Shown here piece by piece: positions 49,767 to 60,900 of a DNA stretch of 64,000 nt. The notes under the pieces are model-generated. The model worked only from the letters and a program-made list of their open reading frames with translations. It was not told where the DNA came from and ran no database searches. Made by a program: the position numbers and the translations under genes. This DNA is from Candidatus Nomurabacteria bacterium GW2011_GWC2_42_20 (GTDB lineage Bacteria > Patescibacteriota > Minisyncoccia > Phycocordibacterales > UBA1550). Each line of letters starts with the position of its first letter. Within the stretch, counting starts at the first letter, position 1. The DNA is taken from assembly GCA_000998425.1 (NCBI GenBank), contig LCDG01000001.1:10558-74557 (forward strand), in the 5' to 3' direction.

Positions 49767-50865
49767 ACAACTAAAGAATGGATCGAAACACGCACGACTT
49801 TCTGCTTCAGAAAAAGCAGAGATAAAAAGCGCGCTTTTTCGCCATGTGAAAGCAAACCCAGTAAGTATTCCTCGCGCTATTCCATCACCTTTTAATATTA
49901 AATCACATTTCATCTTCGCTCGGACGTCGCGTGAAAGTGGTCTCTCCCGCACGCTCCTCGCTAGCCGAAATAAAAAGAGTATCTCAGTTTTGGTCCTTGG
50001 AGGACTTTTGATGGGGAGCTCGGTCTCTTTTGCGGCAGAGAACACTGTCCCAGGAGATACCCTGTTCCCAATAAAGATACATGTAAACGAGACGGTACGC
50101 GGAGCGGTAGCAGTAACTCAAAAAGAAAAGGCAGAATGGGAAATTCGACTTGTAGAGCGACGCCTCGAGGAATTTGAAAAGCTTGCTGTTACACAAAATG
50201 TGCCAGTAGAAGTACGGCAGATCGCAGAGCAGAATCTTGAGCACTATGCAGAGCGTGTGAAAAATCGTATAGCAAAATTTGAGAATGATGAAGACAGTGA
50301 GGATGCGCTAGGAACAGCCTCGTCATTTTCAGATGTACTCAATGATCACGAAAGATCTATTTCTGAATTGGAGGATAAAGATGGGGACGACGATTCAATT
50401 GGCGTAATATCAACAAGTACTCATCGCATAACAACTTTAGCTGACGACACTTCTCGTGTTGATAATAAGTCAATCAGGGACGCTGTTGAAAAAATTCGCG
50501 AGGTGCGTGGCGATGCAGAGAGAAAGCACAAAGATCTAAAAAAGAAGTATCATAGAGAAGATGTTAAGGAAAATGGCGCTGCTAGTGGTGATGAAGATTT
50601 TAATGATACTGTGCCAAGGTATATTCCACAAGATAAATCCATCAATCACTCGTCAACAATAACTAAAACAAGTGATGATGAAGTGGGAATAGAAGTAAGA
50701 GAAAAAACACGGAATGATGAAAATCGTATTGAGGAGGTCAGAAGTGTTCCTGTGCCTCCGTATAGTCCTACACATGATATTCCTACAGAAATCGAGTCAA
50801 TAAAATCTGCCATTAATTCTGGGAACGACGACGATGAAAGCCCAAATGAAGAAGAGCTCGATTAG
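49750..50865 (+). CDS. putative anti-sigma factor (single-pass membrane protein with an acidic extracytoplasmic domain), translationally coupled to the ECF sigma gene
   Basis: Overlaps the sigma gene by 17 nt; cytoplasmic N-terminus, one TM helix (ISVLVLGGLLMGSSVSFA), long Asp/Glu-rich C-terminus. Confidence 0.5.
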   Translation: MENIIKQLKNGSKHARLSASEKAEIKSALFRHVKANPVSIPRAIPSPFNIKSHFIFARTSRESGLSRTLLASRNKKSISVLVLGGLLMGSSVSFAAENTVPGDTLFPIKIHVNETVRGAVAVTQKEKAEWEIRLVERRLEEFEKLAVTQNVPVEVRQIAEQNLEHYAERVKNRIAKFENDEDSEDALGTASSFSDVLNDHERSISELEDKDGDDDSIGVISTSTHRITTLADDTSRVDNKSIRDAVEKIREVRGDAERKHKDLKKKYHREDVKENGAASGDEDFNDTVPRYIPQDKSINHSSTITKTSDDEVGIEVREKTRNDENRIEEVRSVPVPPYSPTHDIPTEIESIKSAINSGNDDDESPNEEELD

Positions 50866-50968
50866 GTCTATTGTTCTGAAAAAGTTATGCACACCTTTGC
50901 TTTTATTGGCGAAACATAGGTGTATACTATATTGTAAAGGTCGAGTAAAATATAAAACATTTTTCACC

Positions 50969-51190
50969 ATGAAAGCATTACATGTAATTTCGTTTATGCT
51001 CGTTATAGTAGGTGGTATAAACTGGGGGCTTGTTGGTATTAATCCAAGTTATAATCTTGTAACCATGTTACTTGGTAATTGGCCAGTAGTTGAACAGATT
51101 GTATATATTCTTGTTGGACTTTCGGCAATTTACATCGCCGTAACACATAAGGGGGATTGCAAGACATGTGAGGTTGGGGCAACAGCGTAG
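50969..51190 (+). CDS. DUF378-family small membrane protein
   Basis: MKALHVISFMLVIVGGINWGLVGI...VVEQIVYILVGLSAIYIA matches the DUF378 pattern. ATG at 50969; the track ORF from 50834 overlaps the upstream gene. Confidence 0.6.
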   Translation: MKALHVISFMLVIVGGINWGLVGINPSYNLVTMLLGNWPVVEQIVYILVGLSAIYIAVTHKGDCKTCEVGATA

Positions 51191-51204
51191 TTGCCAGTAA
51201 TGAG

Positions 51205-51242
51205 AAATGCACGTTGAGTGATCTCGTGCATTTTTCTTTTTT
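51205..51242 (+). terminator. intrinsic terminator
   Basis: aaatgcacg-ttgagtgatct-cgtgcattt followed by ttcttttttt. Confidence 0.7.
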
Positions 51243-51361
51243 ACCCACCTAACTTTTCTGTTTACGGTTGGATAGCTCCCATTGGATTTTTTTAAGTATG
51301 GCAAATTGAAGCAATGAAACATTGTTATGAAAAGTTGGGCGGGTGAAAAATATCCTATATA

Positions 51362-52378
51362 ATGAATTGTATGAGAGCGCTCTTGTTAATCATTTTTATA
51401 TTTTTTTCGTTTCCTGTATATGCAGCTTCGCAGCCACTAAAAAATGTTGGGTTTGTTCCTGCAAATATTTGGTTTTCAAAAGACCCATTTTTTGACGGAG
51501 AAAAAATCAGAATATACACGATTGTCTTCAATGGTAGTTCCTATGCCCTGGAAGGCACGGTTGAATTTTTGGACAATGGTGTGTTTATTGGAAAAACAAA
51601 TTTTTCTTTGTCATCTGGTGGTCGTGTGCGTGATATGTGGATCGATTGGGAGGCAACAAAGGGGAAGCATGCAATAACTGCGCGTATAGTTGGGGCAACA
51701 GCATCATCGTCTGGTGGTGCAAAAAGCTCAGTCATGCTCGATAATACAGAGACAGGGAAGAGTGTGCGCGATGTCGATATGGACAGCGATGGTGACGATA
51801 TCGGGGATAGAGACGATCTGGATGACGATGGTGACGGAATATCTGACGTTGATGAACTCAGAAATGGAACAGACCCTCTTAAAAAAGATACTGACGGTGA
51901 CGGAATATCTGATGATAAGGAGCTTGAGATTTTGCTAAAAGATAAGGCAGAAGCAGAGTTGATTTTAGATAGTGCGTCAACGTCAGTTGGCACTATTTTA
52001 CATACATTAAGGAAAATAGATGAAACTATTCCTGAACCAATAAAAACAGCTGCAATAACCAGTACAAATATTGTGGAGCGTTTTCGAGTCGAAGAAGGGT
52101 ACAAATTCGCTCTTGCAAAGGATAAAAAACTTCAAGAAATAAAGTTAACCAGCGAGAATAAGCAAAAAATACTTGCGCAGGAGAATAGCAAGAATAATGA
52201 AAATGATGTTATTGGCAACGTGTCAAATGCTACAAAAAAACCATTTGCATATGCAATGCTCGCGAGTCTTGCCGTACTTGAGTATACTTTTAAATGGAAG
52301 GTTGTATTTTATGGAATCCTACTTTATACAGCGTATCGTATGATTATGTGGCTTGTGCGTCGTGTGCGTGACAGGTAG
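51362..52378 (+). CDS. secreted protein with thrombospondin type-3-like Ca-binding Asp-rich repeats and a C-terminal TM anchor
   Basis: Signal peptide; ...DVDMDSDGDDIGDRDDLDDDGDGISDVDELRNGTDPLKKDTDGDGISDDKE... (DxDxDG repeats); C-terminal hydrophobic helices. Confidence 0.6.
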   Translation: MNCMRALLLIIFIFFSFPVYAASQPLKNVGFVPANIWFSKDPFFDGEKIRIYTIVFNGSSYALEGTVEFLDNGVFIGKTNFSLSSGGRVRDMWIDWEATKGKHAITARIVGATASSSGGAKSSVMLDNTETGKSVRDVDMDSDGDDIGDRDDLDDDGDGISDVDELRNGTDPLKKDTDGDGISDDKELEILLKDKAEAELILDSASTSVGTILHTLRKIDETIPEPIKTAAITSTNIVERFRVEEGYKFALAKDKKLQEIKLTSENKQKILAQENSKNNENDVIGNVSNATKKPFAYAMLASLAVLEYTFKWKVVFYGILLYTAYRMIMWLVRRVRDR

Positions 52379-52443
52379 AGAAGCAGAAAATAAAAAGGTT
52401 CGCCAACGAGCTCGTTGGCGAACCTTTTTATTTTCTGCTTCTC
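52378..52443. terminator. 66-bp perfect palindrome (33-bp arms), bidirectional terminator between convergent genes
   Basis: gagaagcagaaaataaaaaggttcgccaacgag|ctcgttggcgaacctttttattttctgcttctc; I verified the arm sequences are exact reverse complements. Confidence 0.8.
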
Positions 52444-52450
52444 TTGTAAA

Positions 52451-53545
52451 CTACTTTTTCTCTGTGTATGAAAGAGTCATTTTCTGATCCTTTGCATCAA
52501 AGAGAGTAATGGTGAATGGGTATGTTCGGCCCAACTCGAGCTTCTTCTTAAGCTCCTCTTCTGTGCCAAACTCAGACACATGCACGAGTCCAGCAATCCC
52601 TTCTTCGAGAGATACAAGTGCGCCATAATTATTGAACTTGATAACAATACCGGTGACAGTATCTCCTTTCTTGTAGCGCTTCTCGGCGTCTTTCCAAGGG
52701 TTCTCCTTGAGGGCCTTGATAGAAAGAGAGATTTTGCCATCCTTGATCTCGATGACCTTTACACGGACCTTCTCGCCGATTTTGAACATTTTGCGTGGAT
52801 CATCAACGAGACCCCAGCCGATCTCTGAGATATGGACAAGACCCTCTACTCCATCTTCGAGTTTTACGAATACACCAAAGTCTACAATTCCGGAGATCGA
52901 ACCATCTAGTTCATCACCGTTTGAATATTTTCCTGAAATCTCTCGCTTCTCCTTCACTCCCTGCTCTTTTTCCGAGAAGATGAGCTTTCCTTCTTTTGGT
53001 GATGCGCCAATGATGGTCACAGCAATACGCTTGCCAATAAGCTTCTTGAGTTCAACAAGAATCTTATCCTTGTCGCCATCGTCTACACGAGGGTAGTTCT
53101 CGCTCTTTAGCTGTGAAGCAGGAAGGAAACCTTGAATCCCTTGCCACTCAATAATAAGCCCACCTTTATTTGCCTCCTTTACAGGTAGTTCGAGAGCCTT
53201 TTTTGATTTGATAGCTTCCTCGGCTTCGCTCCAAATAATAGCTTGTCGAGCTTCTTTTAGGGAAAGCTCAATATAACCGTCTTCGTTGTTTGTGTCGACT
53301 ACCTTTGCAGTAATTGTGTCGCCTATGTTCAACTTCTTGATAACATCGCGCGCGTTGATAAACTCACGTCCATAAATGATACCTGTGCCGATAGCACCAA
53401 GGTTCACATACACACATGATTTTGCAACACTAATGACTGGACCCTCCACGAGAGAATCATTCTCAGGGAGTGCCTTTACGTCAGCCATAAGTGTTGCCAT
53501 AAATGACAACGGAGTCTCTACTGTTTCCTCAATATCTTTTTTCAT
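52451..53545 (-). CDS. rpsA: 30S ribosomal protein S1 (four S1 domains)
   Basis: 364 aa; repeated S1 OB-fold motifs (GDTITAKVVD; GKRIAVTIIG; GEKVRVKVIEIKDGKISLS; GDTVTGIVIKFNNYGALVSL...HVSE). Confidence 0.9.
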   Translation of the reverse strand: MKKDIEETVETPLSFMATLMADVKALPENDSLVEGPVISVAKSCVYVNLGAIGTGIIYGREFINARDVIKKLNIGDTITAKVVDTNNEDGYIELSLKEARQAIIWSEAEEAIKSKKALELPVKEANKGGLIIEWQGIQGFLPASQLKSENYPRVDDGDKDKILVELKKLIGKRIAVTIIGASPKEGKLIFSEKEQGVKEKREISGKYSNGDELDGSISGIVDFGVFVKLEDGVEGLVHISEIGWGLVDDPRKMFKIGEKVRVKVIEIKDGKISLSIKALKENPWKDAEKRYKKGDTVTGIVIKFNNYGALVSLEEGIAGLVHVSEFGTEEELKKKLELGRTYPFTITLFDAKDQKMTLSYTEKK

Positions 53546-53742
53546 GAATTAAAAAATCCCATCAAACTTACGATATGTAAGACAAGCGGGATGTGTGAAC
53601 CTTGGTTTTCCCCCGAACGGGTATATCGGGATGGGGGAGGGTTAGCCTTGGAACTGCTTGTTATTAACTTGTTTAATATACAAGAAACTCTACATAAAAG
53701 CAAATTTATATTGGTTAAACCTATGGGGGGAATATTAATAAA

Positions 53743-53766
53743 AAAGGGGGCTTTTGGACCCCCTTT
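53743..53766 (-). terminator. GC-clamp hairpin with a T-run on the minus strand
   Basis: aaaggggg-cttttgga-cccccttt; on the - strand it is followed by ttttttattaatatt. Confidence 0.45.
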
Positions 53767-54079
53767 GTGTCATGTGATATTGGGATTATCCATCCCAGCC
53801 TTCCTCTTTCCAGCCGTCGTTGTTGATTTCTTCCCAACCTTCGCCAAATGTGATAGAGGCGTCCCCGTCCATGATGCTCTCCTTAAAAAAGTACCGCGTA
53901 TTGAAAAAGTATTTTGAATAGCTGAGTCACTTTCCTTTCTCGTTGTTGAAACTGCTTTAAGTGTAGCACTATCTGAAAAAAAGAAAACCCCGAAGCGCGA
54001 TGCTTCGGGGGACTGCACTGTTTATTTAGCGCTGTGCGTCAGTTGCGCTTCAAGGCAGGCGTGCGACCGCATGGACTGT

Positions 54080-54184
54080 TTAGTCGCTGCTGCCACCGCC
54101 GACCAGGCCGGCGCCGGTTGAGATCTCCAAAAAGTTTGCTTCCGATGCGGGACCGGCATGTGCTTGGGCGGTCATTTTTTTCAT
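54080..54184 (-). CDS. candidate small ORF (34 aa, Gly-rich C-terminus) in a GC-rich island; an alternative reading is that the island is a structured ncRNA
   Basis: atgaaaaaaatgaccgcccaagca... encodes MKKMTAQAHAGPASEANFLEISTGAGLVGGGSSD*. An SD gtgAGGAAatcgccATG sits upstream. Further upstream on the - strand are TTGACA-16nt-TATGCT, and a downstream hairpin ccccgaagc/gcttcgggg followed by ttttctttttt. Confidence 0.25.
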   Translation of the reverse strand: MKKMTAQAHAGPASEANFLEISTGAGLVGGGSSD

Positions 54185-54289
54185 GGCGATTTCCTCACTG
54201 TACGTTGATAACAACCACATGGTCGTCACCACCCCAAATCTTCAAGGGTGCAACAAGCATAGCAGATACATAGGATTTGTCAAGTACCA

Positions 54290-54943
54290 TTGCTGTCTGC
54301 TACAATGTTCTTCATGATTGTCACATATTATGGAAAGCAGTTTTTCAAGGTTCAGCTCGGGGAGCGAACTATTGCCTATAACCCAATTGGTAAAGACTCA
54401 AAAGAAAAGGGTTCACGTTTTGGAGCGGATATTGTGCTCTCGTCTCTCCGCCACCCAGATTTCAATGGCGCCGACCAGTGTGCGTACGGTGATCGTCAGC
54501 CTTTTGTTATTTCGGGACCAGGAGAATATGAAGTTGGCGGGATTTTTATAAAAGGTTTTGGTACAGAAACAAAGTATAGTAATGAAAAAAAGATCAACAC
54601 TGTTTTTTCTGTAATGTTCGAAGGAATCAACCTGTGCTTCCTTGGCTCGCTTGCGTCTCCTGACTCGCTTTCACGCGAAGTCAAAGAGGGTCTCGGAGAG
54701 ATTGATGTACTCTTTGCTCCTATTGGGAGCGGTGAGGAACTCTCAGCAGCAGATGCATACAAACTCACGCTTGCGCTAGAGGCAAAAGTTGTCATTCCAA
54801 TGGACTATGAACAGACAAAGGGAAGTCTTGAGGCATTTATAAAAGAGAGCGGTGAGAATGCCGAGACAATGGAAAAATTTACCTTTAAAAGAAAAGATCT
54901 TGAAGGGAAGGAGGGTGGCGTTGTTGTGCTAAAATCAGCCTAA
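54290..54943 (+). CDS. MBL-fold-like protein with a degenerate metal-binding motif
   Basis: 217 aa. ...TYYGKQFFKVQLGERTIAYNPIGKD...GADIVLSSLRHPDFNGAD... is positionally equivalent to the HxHxDH block of UPF0173/UlaG-like MBL hydrolases, but only one His is retained. Confidence 0.45.
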   Translation: MLSATMFFMIVTYYGKQFFKVQLGERTIAYNPIGKDSKEKGSRFGADIVLSSLRHPDFNGADQCAYGDRQPFVISGPGEYEVGGIFIKGFGTETKYSNEKKINTVFSVMFEGINLCFLGSLASPDSLSREVKEGLGEIDVLFAPIGSGEELSAADAYKLTLALEAKVVIPMDYEQTKGSLEAFIKESGENAETMEKFTFKRKDLEGKEGGVVVLKSA

Positions 54944-55047
54944 TTCACATGCCCAAACATTTAGAAACAACTTATTCTAGAAAGACACTGATGTAAGTAT
55001 AAGAAAAGTTACAGATTAATTTAATCACCTATCAGATTAAAAGTTAG

Positions 55048-55422
55048 GTGGGTAAAAGTCCTATGTTAGAAAAATTACGAGCTAAACCAAATCATATTAA
55101 ACGGAGTATCTCTCTCGCTGTTACAATTGTAATTTTTTCTTGTATTTTGTTTGTATGGTTTTCGTCGCGTGATGCTAGGTCGCGAGAGCTTGAAGTTCGC
55201 GGAATGACTGTTTCACCAGTCGATGGAGTTGGCGCTATGTTTGATGGATTTGTGTCTGGGTTTAAGGAGCGGTTGTCTTCTCAGACATCATCTGTGGATA
55301 TAGAAAAACAGGACGAGGAAATAATTATACCAACAGATGATTTCGATATTTCTGGTGTTGTTGTTCTTGATTTGTCAGCAACCACAACAAGTAGCGCAGC
55401 ATCCACATCCTCAGGTCTTTAA
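55048..55422 (+). CDS. hypothetical small membrane protein
   Basis: 124-aa ORF with one TM helix. Confidence 0.35.
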   Translation: MGKSPMLEKLRAKPNHIKRSISLAVTIVIFSCILFVWFSSRDARSRELEVRGMTVSPVDGVGAMFDGFVSGFKERLSSQTSSVDIEKQDEEIIIPTDDFDISGVVVLDLSATTTSSAASTSSGL

Positions 55423-55454
55423 TAGTCTGTAAATTTATGCTAAACTAGCCCGAT

Positions 55455-57923
55455 ATGGCGCGTAAAAAAGAAGAAAAAGACGAATCAGCAGTCGTTCCAC
55501 CAGAGCGAGTAAACGTTGTTCCTCAGGACATTTCTAGCGAAATGCGCGCGAGTTTTATCGATTATGCTATGTCAGTTATTACTGACCGCGCTCTTCCTGA
55601 TGTTCGTGATGGCTTAAAGCCGGTACATCGTCGAATACTTTTTTCAATGTATGAAAAAGGCTTGACTGCGTCTGCAAAGTTTAGGAAGTCTGCAACGGTA
55701 GTCGGAGATGTGCTCGGTAGTTACCACCCTCATGGCGATTCGTCTGTGTACGAGGCTATGGTAAAGATGGCGCAGGAATTTTCATTCCGCTATCCGCTTG
55801 TAATAGGACAGGGTAACTTCGGTTCTATTGACGGTGATGCAGCAGCAGCATATCGCTACACAGAGGCAAAAATGTCACGCATTTCTGGTGAACTTTTGAA
55901 CGATATTGATCGCGAGACGGTGGATTTCAAGCCAAACTATGACGGCACAAAAAAAGAACCAACTGTTCTACCTTCGTCTCTCCCAAACCTCCTCTTAAAC
56001 GGTACGCTCGGTATCGCGGTTGGTATGGCTACCAACTTTCCTCCTCACAACTTGGGCGAGCTTGTGGATGCTACAAACCATCTTATTGACGAACCTGACG
56101 CAACATCTGACGACCTTGTTAAGTTTGTAAAAGGACCAGACTTCCCTATAGGTGGTATCGTGTTCGGTGAAAAAGATATCAAGCATGCGTATTCATCGGG
56201 GCGTGGCGGAGTGGTTTGTCGTGGTGAAGCAGAGATTATTGAGGACAAAAACCTTAACCAGATTATTATCACATCTCTTCCTTTTCGTGTTAACAAAGCA
56301 AATCTTATTGTGAAGATTGCTGACCTTGTGCGCGAGAAAAAGCTTGAGGGGATTCGCGGACTCCGCGATGAATCAACAAAGGATATTCGCGTTGTTATCG
56401 ATCTCAAAAACGGCGCATATCCGCAGGTTGTTTTGAATTATTTATACAAACATACCGAGCTTGAGTCTACATTCCACTACAATATGGTTGCGCTTGTCGA
56501 TGGAGTTCCACAAACACTCTCATTAAAAGGTGTGCTATCAAATTTTATCGGACATCGTCAGGTTGTAGTAAAGCGTCGCACAGAATATGATCTTAGAAAA
56601 GCTGAGGAACGCGAGCATATTTTGCTAGGTCTCAAAAAAGCGCTTGATCATATTGACCGTGTAATCACCATCATTCGCGCATCAAAAGATACTGCAACTG
56701 CGCATGCAAACCTCATAAAGGAATTCAAGTTCTCTGATTTGCAAGCAACGGCAATTTTGGAAATGAAACTTCAGAAGCTCGCAGGTTTGGAGCGCAAGAA
56801 TGTGGAACTTGAACTCAAAGAAAAGCAGGATTTTATAAAAGAGTGTAAAGATCTTCTCGCAAGTCCAAAGAAAATTTTGGCTGTAGTAAAAAAGGAGCTT
56901 GGTGAAATGAAAGAAAAGTACGGTGATGCGCGTAGAACTAAGGTTGTGAAGCACGCCGCTGGGTCTATTTCTCTTGAAGATATGATTCCCGATGAAGAGT
57001 CTATGCTCGTGTATACAAAGGGTGGCTATATAAAGCGCACAAACCCAGGCGAGTATCGTCAGCAAAACCGTGGTGGTGTTGGTGTTGTTGATTTGGATAC
57101 AAAAGAAGAGGATTTTATCACGCTATTTATGTCGGCTACGACACACAGCGACATGCTCTTTTTCTCAGACAAAGGCAAGGCGTACCAGATAAAAATGTAC
57201 GATATCCCTGAAGGCAAGCGCGCGACACGTGGTAAGTCGATTATGAACTTCATCGCGCTTTCGGGAGAGGAAAAAGTAACATCGATTCTCTCGATGCCAA
57301 AGTCACTCAAGGATTCAAATCTTTCGCTCTTTATGGTGACCAAGCATGGCACTATTAAAAAATGTGGAGCCGAGAGTTTTAAGGATGTCCGCAGAAATGG
57401 AATTATTTCTATAAAGCTTGATGCGGGGGACGAGCTTATTGCAGCTCTCTTTACAGAAAAGGGCGATGATATTATTTTGACTACAGCAAAAGGTCAGGCT
57501 ATTCGATTCAAGGAGTCTGACGCACGAGAGATGGGTCGCGCAGCGGCTGGCGTGCGTGGTATGAAGCTCGGTAAGGGCGACTTCATTATCGGCGCAGACG
57601 TTATACAAAAGGGTGCAGAGAAGCCAGAGCTCCTGGTGATGAGTGAAAATGGTTATGGCAAGAAAACTGCGATCAAGGAGTACAAGGTGCAGAAGCGCGG
57701 AGGTTCTGGAATAAAGACTGCAAAGGTGACAGCTAAGATAGGGCAACTCATGGTGGCAAAGGTTGTAACACCAGCGTTTAGCGAGCTTGTCGCTATTTCA
57801 AAAAATAGCCAAGTTATTCGTATTACAATGAAAGACGTTCCAACGCTTGGTCGCGACACGCAGGGCGTTCGTATCATGAAGCTCCGAGAAGGGGACAGTA
57901 TCGCGTCACTTAGTTGCTTGTAG
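55455..57923 (+). CDS. gyrA: DNA gyrase subunit A
   Basis: 822 aa; active-site region ...[13 protein letters not shown]...; N-terminal breakage-reunion domain followed by a C-terminal beta-pinwheel repeat domain. Confidence 0.95.
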   Translation: MARKKEEKDESAVVPPERVNVVPQDISSEMRASFIDYAMSVITDRALPDVRDGLKPVHRRILFSMYEKGLTASAKFRKSATVVGDVLGSYHPHGDSSVYEAMVKMAQEFSFRYPLVIGQGNFGSIDGDAAAAYRYTEAKMSRISGELLNDIDRETVDFKPNYDGTKKEPTVLPSSLPNLLLNGTLGIAVGMATNFPPHNLGELVDATNHLIDEPDATSDDLVKFVKGPDFPIGGIVFGEKDIKHAYSSGRGGVVCRGEAEIIEDKNLNQIIITSLPFRVNKANLIVKIADLVREKKLEGIRGLRDESTKDIRVVIDLKNGAYPQVVLNYLYKHTELESTFHYNMVALVDGVPQTLSLKGVLSNFIGHRQVVVKRRTEYDLRKAEEREHILLGLKKALDHIDRVITIIRASKDTATAHANLIKEFKFSDLQATAILEMKLQKLAGLERKNVELELKEKQDFIKECKDLLASPKKILAVVKKELGEMKEKYGDARRTKVVKHAAGSISLEDMIPDEESMLVYTKGGYIKRTNPGEYRQQNRGGVGVVDLDTKEEDFITLFMSATTHSDMLFFSDKGKAYQIKMYDIPEGKRATRGKSIMNFIALSGEEKVTSILSMPKSLKDSNLSLFMVTKHGTIKKCGAESFKDVRRNGIISIKLDAGDELIAALFTEKGDDIILTTAKGQAIRFKESDAREMGRAAAGVRGMKLGKGDFIIGADVIQKGAEKPELLVMSENGYGKKTAIKEYKVQKRGGSGIKTAKVTAKIGQLMVAKVVTPAFSELVAISKNSQVIRITMKDVPTLGRDTQGVRIMKLREGDSIASLSCL

Positions 57924-57933
57924 TTATAATATC

Positions 57934-60900
57934 ATGAATAAAATTTCACAAAATAAACTGAGTCCCATTATGGCAGTATTACTCAGTCTCTTTGTCGTGC
58001 TATTTTGGGGTACGCAGACCGTTTACGCGTTAAATATTCTTGACTCTGATTTGAACAGCAACGGAATAATAGACAGCACTGAAACAGAAGTTGTTGTCAC
58101 CTCCAATAAATCTCTCCAATCTGGTGAATATAATTTTGGTAATCTAACAATAACGAATAATGCAGTACTTACGTTGGTTGGAGATCCGCTTTCACCAGAT
58201 CAATTTAAAGGAGTAAAGATAAATGCAACAAATATTTCTGTTTCTTTCGGCTCTCGTATCTCTGCTGATGGACAGGGGTATATTTCTGGTCCTGGAACGT
58301 CCTTAGTGCCTGGCATTAGTGTTGGCGCAAGTTACGGTGGATCAGGTGGTGGTAATTCTGCAACATCAACATATGGCTCAGCAATGACACCAATGGATTT
58401 AGGAAGTGGAACAAGTGGCTCAAAAGGTGGGGGTTCTATTAGACTTGTCGTGTCTAACACACTTTTAAATAATGGGGATATTTCCGCAAATGGACAATCG
58501 TATCGCACGAGTGGCGGAAGCATACATGTGACCACTAATATATTAGTTGGTACAGGTGTGTTTAATGCAAATGGCGCTCGTACTTATTGGCCGAATCAGT
58601 TTGCCGGCGGTGGCGGAAGGATAGCGGTACACTATCAGCAATCGTCATTCACTGGAAGCGCTAAAGCAAATGCGGGTGTCTTTTGTCTTTATGGCTGCAA
58701 CCCGGCAGGTGGCGCTGGAACAGTAGTCTTTTTTGATACTGTGAATAATGATTTGTACACAGGTACTTCTTGGCGCTTTCAAAAAAATGATGAACCTATT
58801 CGCTTAAACCGTATCGTTGTCTCGAATGGCTCTTCGGTAACGATGGACGAGGGGGTTGCTATCACAGCAAACGAGCTTATTATCAGTGGCGCAACCTCAC
58901 TCCCTCTGTCAAAAGGAAGTTTGCTCACAATACACAAAATTACTGTCGATGGAGCAACTATTGTCTCATCTGGAGAAGAGACAATAGTTGCCGATATTCT
59001 CAAGCTCATAAATTCAGCAGTAGTCACTGTTGTTCCGATGCAGACACTTACGCTTTCAGTTCCCAATGTGACTATCGATACAAGCTCACGTATCTCGGCC
59101 GACGCAAAAGGGGATACTGCTGGCTCTGGTTTCCCAAGCAGTATATACGCTGGCGGAAGTCATGGAGGTGTCGGGCTCAACAACACGGCGACATCAACAT
59201 ACGGCTCTGCGAAACAGCCGACAACTCTAGGTAGTGCTGGAGGTGCGCCACATGCTATTGGCGGAGGAGCTATCCGCCTTGTTGTTTCGGGGTCACTTGT
59301 GAACAACGGCGTAATATCAGCCGATGGCAACACATCATCATCGGGTGGAAGTATCTATGCGACTGTAGCCGACATGTCTGGGTCTGGAACGTTTCATGCA
59401 AATGGCGGAGCTCTTGGCAGTGGAGGATATTTCTCTGGGCCTGGTGGTGGCGGACGTGTCGCTGTTTATTATCAAACATCATCATTTAGTGGCGCAATAG
59501 AAGCATTGGGTGGATGCGGGAGCTACGACGGATGGAGCCGTGTCTGTGCTGGGTACGGCACTGTTGTGATACAACAGTCGGATGTTCCATGTACCATCAA
59601 CTGCTATTCAAACATTATGTTCCTACCTGGGGTTATGGGGTCGAGATTGTATGATGAGAATGGTCAAGAATTGTGGGTTTCGAGTGACGATTCTTTGCAA
59701 TCAACTCTTGCAATGAACGCAAGTGGAAAAAGTATAAATTCAATATATACTAATGATGACACCCATAGGAATCATGGAGAAATCGATGAAAGTGGTCTCG
59801 TGGATGATGTGTACGGTTCAAATATTTATGAGTCATTTGTTAACGACCTACGTGTATGGAAGGGAGATAATGACAATGGAATAATTCATGATTACGCATT
59901 CATACCATATGACTGGCGATTGTCGCTTGAGGATATTGTAAATAATGGCGCAACATCAACGCCAGATAAATTGTCATATGCTGATTCTCCTGCTTCAGGT
60001 CAATATATTCTGAAACAACTCGAAGCACTCCAAAAGTCTTCTCGCACAGGCAAGGTGACTATTGTTGCGCACTCAAACGGCGGGCTTGTCACAAAAGCTC
60101 TTATTGAAAAACTCAAGCTAGACAATAATCCATTATATAATCAAATAGATAAAGTGATTTTCGTTGCGGTGCCTCAAGTTGGGACACCAGATGCGGTTGC
60201 CACGCTACTCCATGGGAATAGTCTTGGGCATGGTGCTGTTATGACCACCGCTCGCTCTCGTGAATTGGCAAAAAATATACCGACGATATATAACCTCCTT
60301 CCTTCAGCTCAATACTTCAATACAGTTGAACCTGGTTTTGCGGTTGATAAAGTTGTTTCGTTTGAAAATAAACCTTCCTTTAGTTCGCAATTATCGCAAT
60401 ATGGAGTTTATGTTTCAAATGAAAATGAACTCAAAGGGTATGTTTTGAATGATGATAGTCGCTCTGCCCCTGTCTATGCAGACACAAACAGTCCTGCAGT
60501 TGGCAATCGGACTCTTTATGACGATGCACAAAGAGTGCATACTGTCTTGGATAATTGGCAACCAGCATCAACCACAAAAGTGATTCAAGTGGCAGGATGG
60601 GGAGCGGAAACACTTGCGGGTATAGACAATGTTGAAGCAGTGTCTGTTCCTGCTTTGGGTATTTTCACACACACAATCAATCTTCGCCACGTTGTGGATG
60701 GCGATGGAACCGTTGTTGTCCCAAGTGCGCTGTGGATGGCGACATCGACACCTGGGGTTGAGAGGTGGTGGGTAAACCTGATTAGAAATAATGCAGGTCC
60801 TACTATCGATCGTGACCACCGTGATATCTTGGAAGTTGATAATTTGAGAAATTTTATTAAATCAGAAATAAAAGGTTCTTTATTTAGTGATTCTAGTAAT

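Noticed and set aside
53721-53873. 50-codon minus-strand ORF (MDGDASITFGEGWEEINKRR...) with a good SD (aAGGAGagcatcATG)
   Set aside because: Its 3' part is encoded by the terminator hairpin at 53743-53766 and it is not conserved-looking. Kept only as part of the intergenic-island finding, not as a feature.
54034-54273. 79-aa Arg-rich + strand ORF in the GC-rich island
   Set aside because: Composition (R/P/S-rich) is typical of random translation of GC-rich non-coding DNA, and it overlaps the better-supported minus-strand signals.
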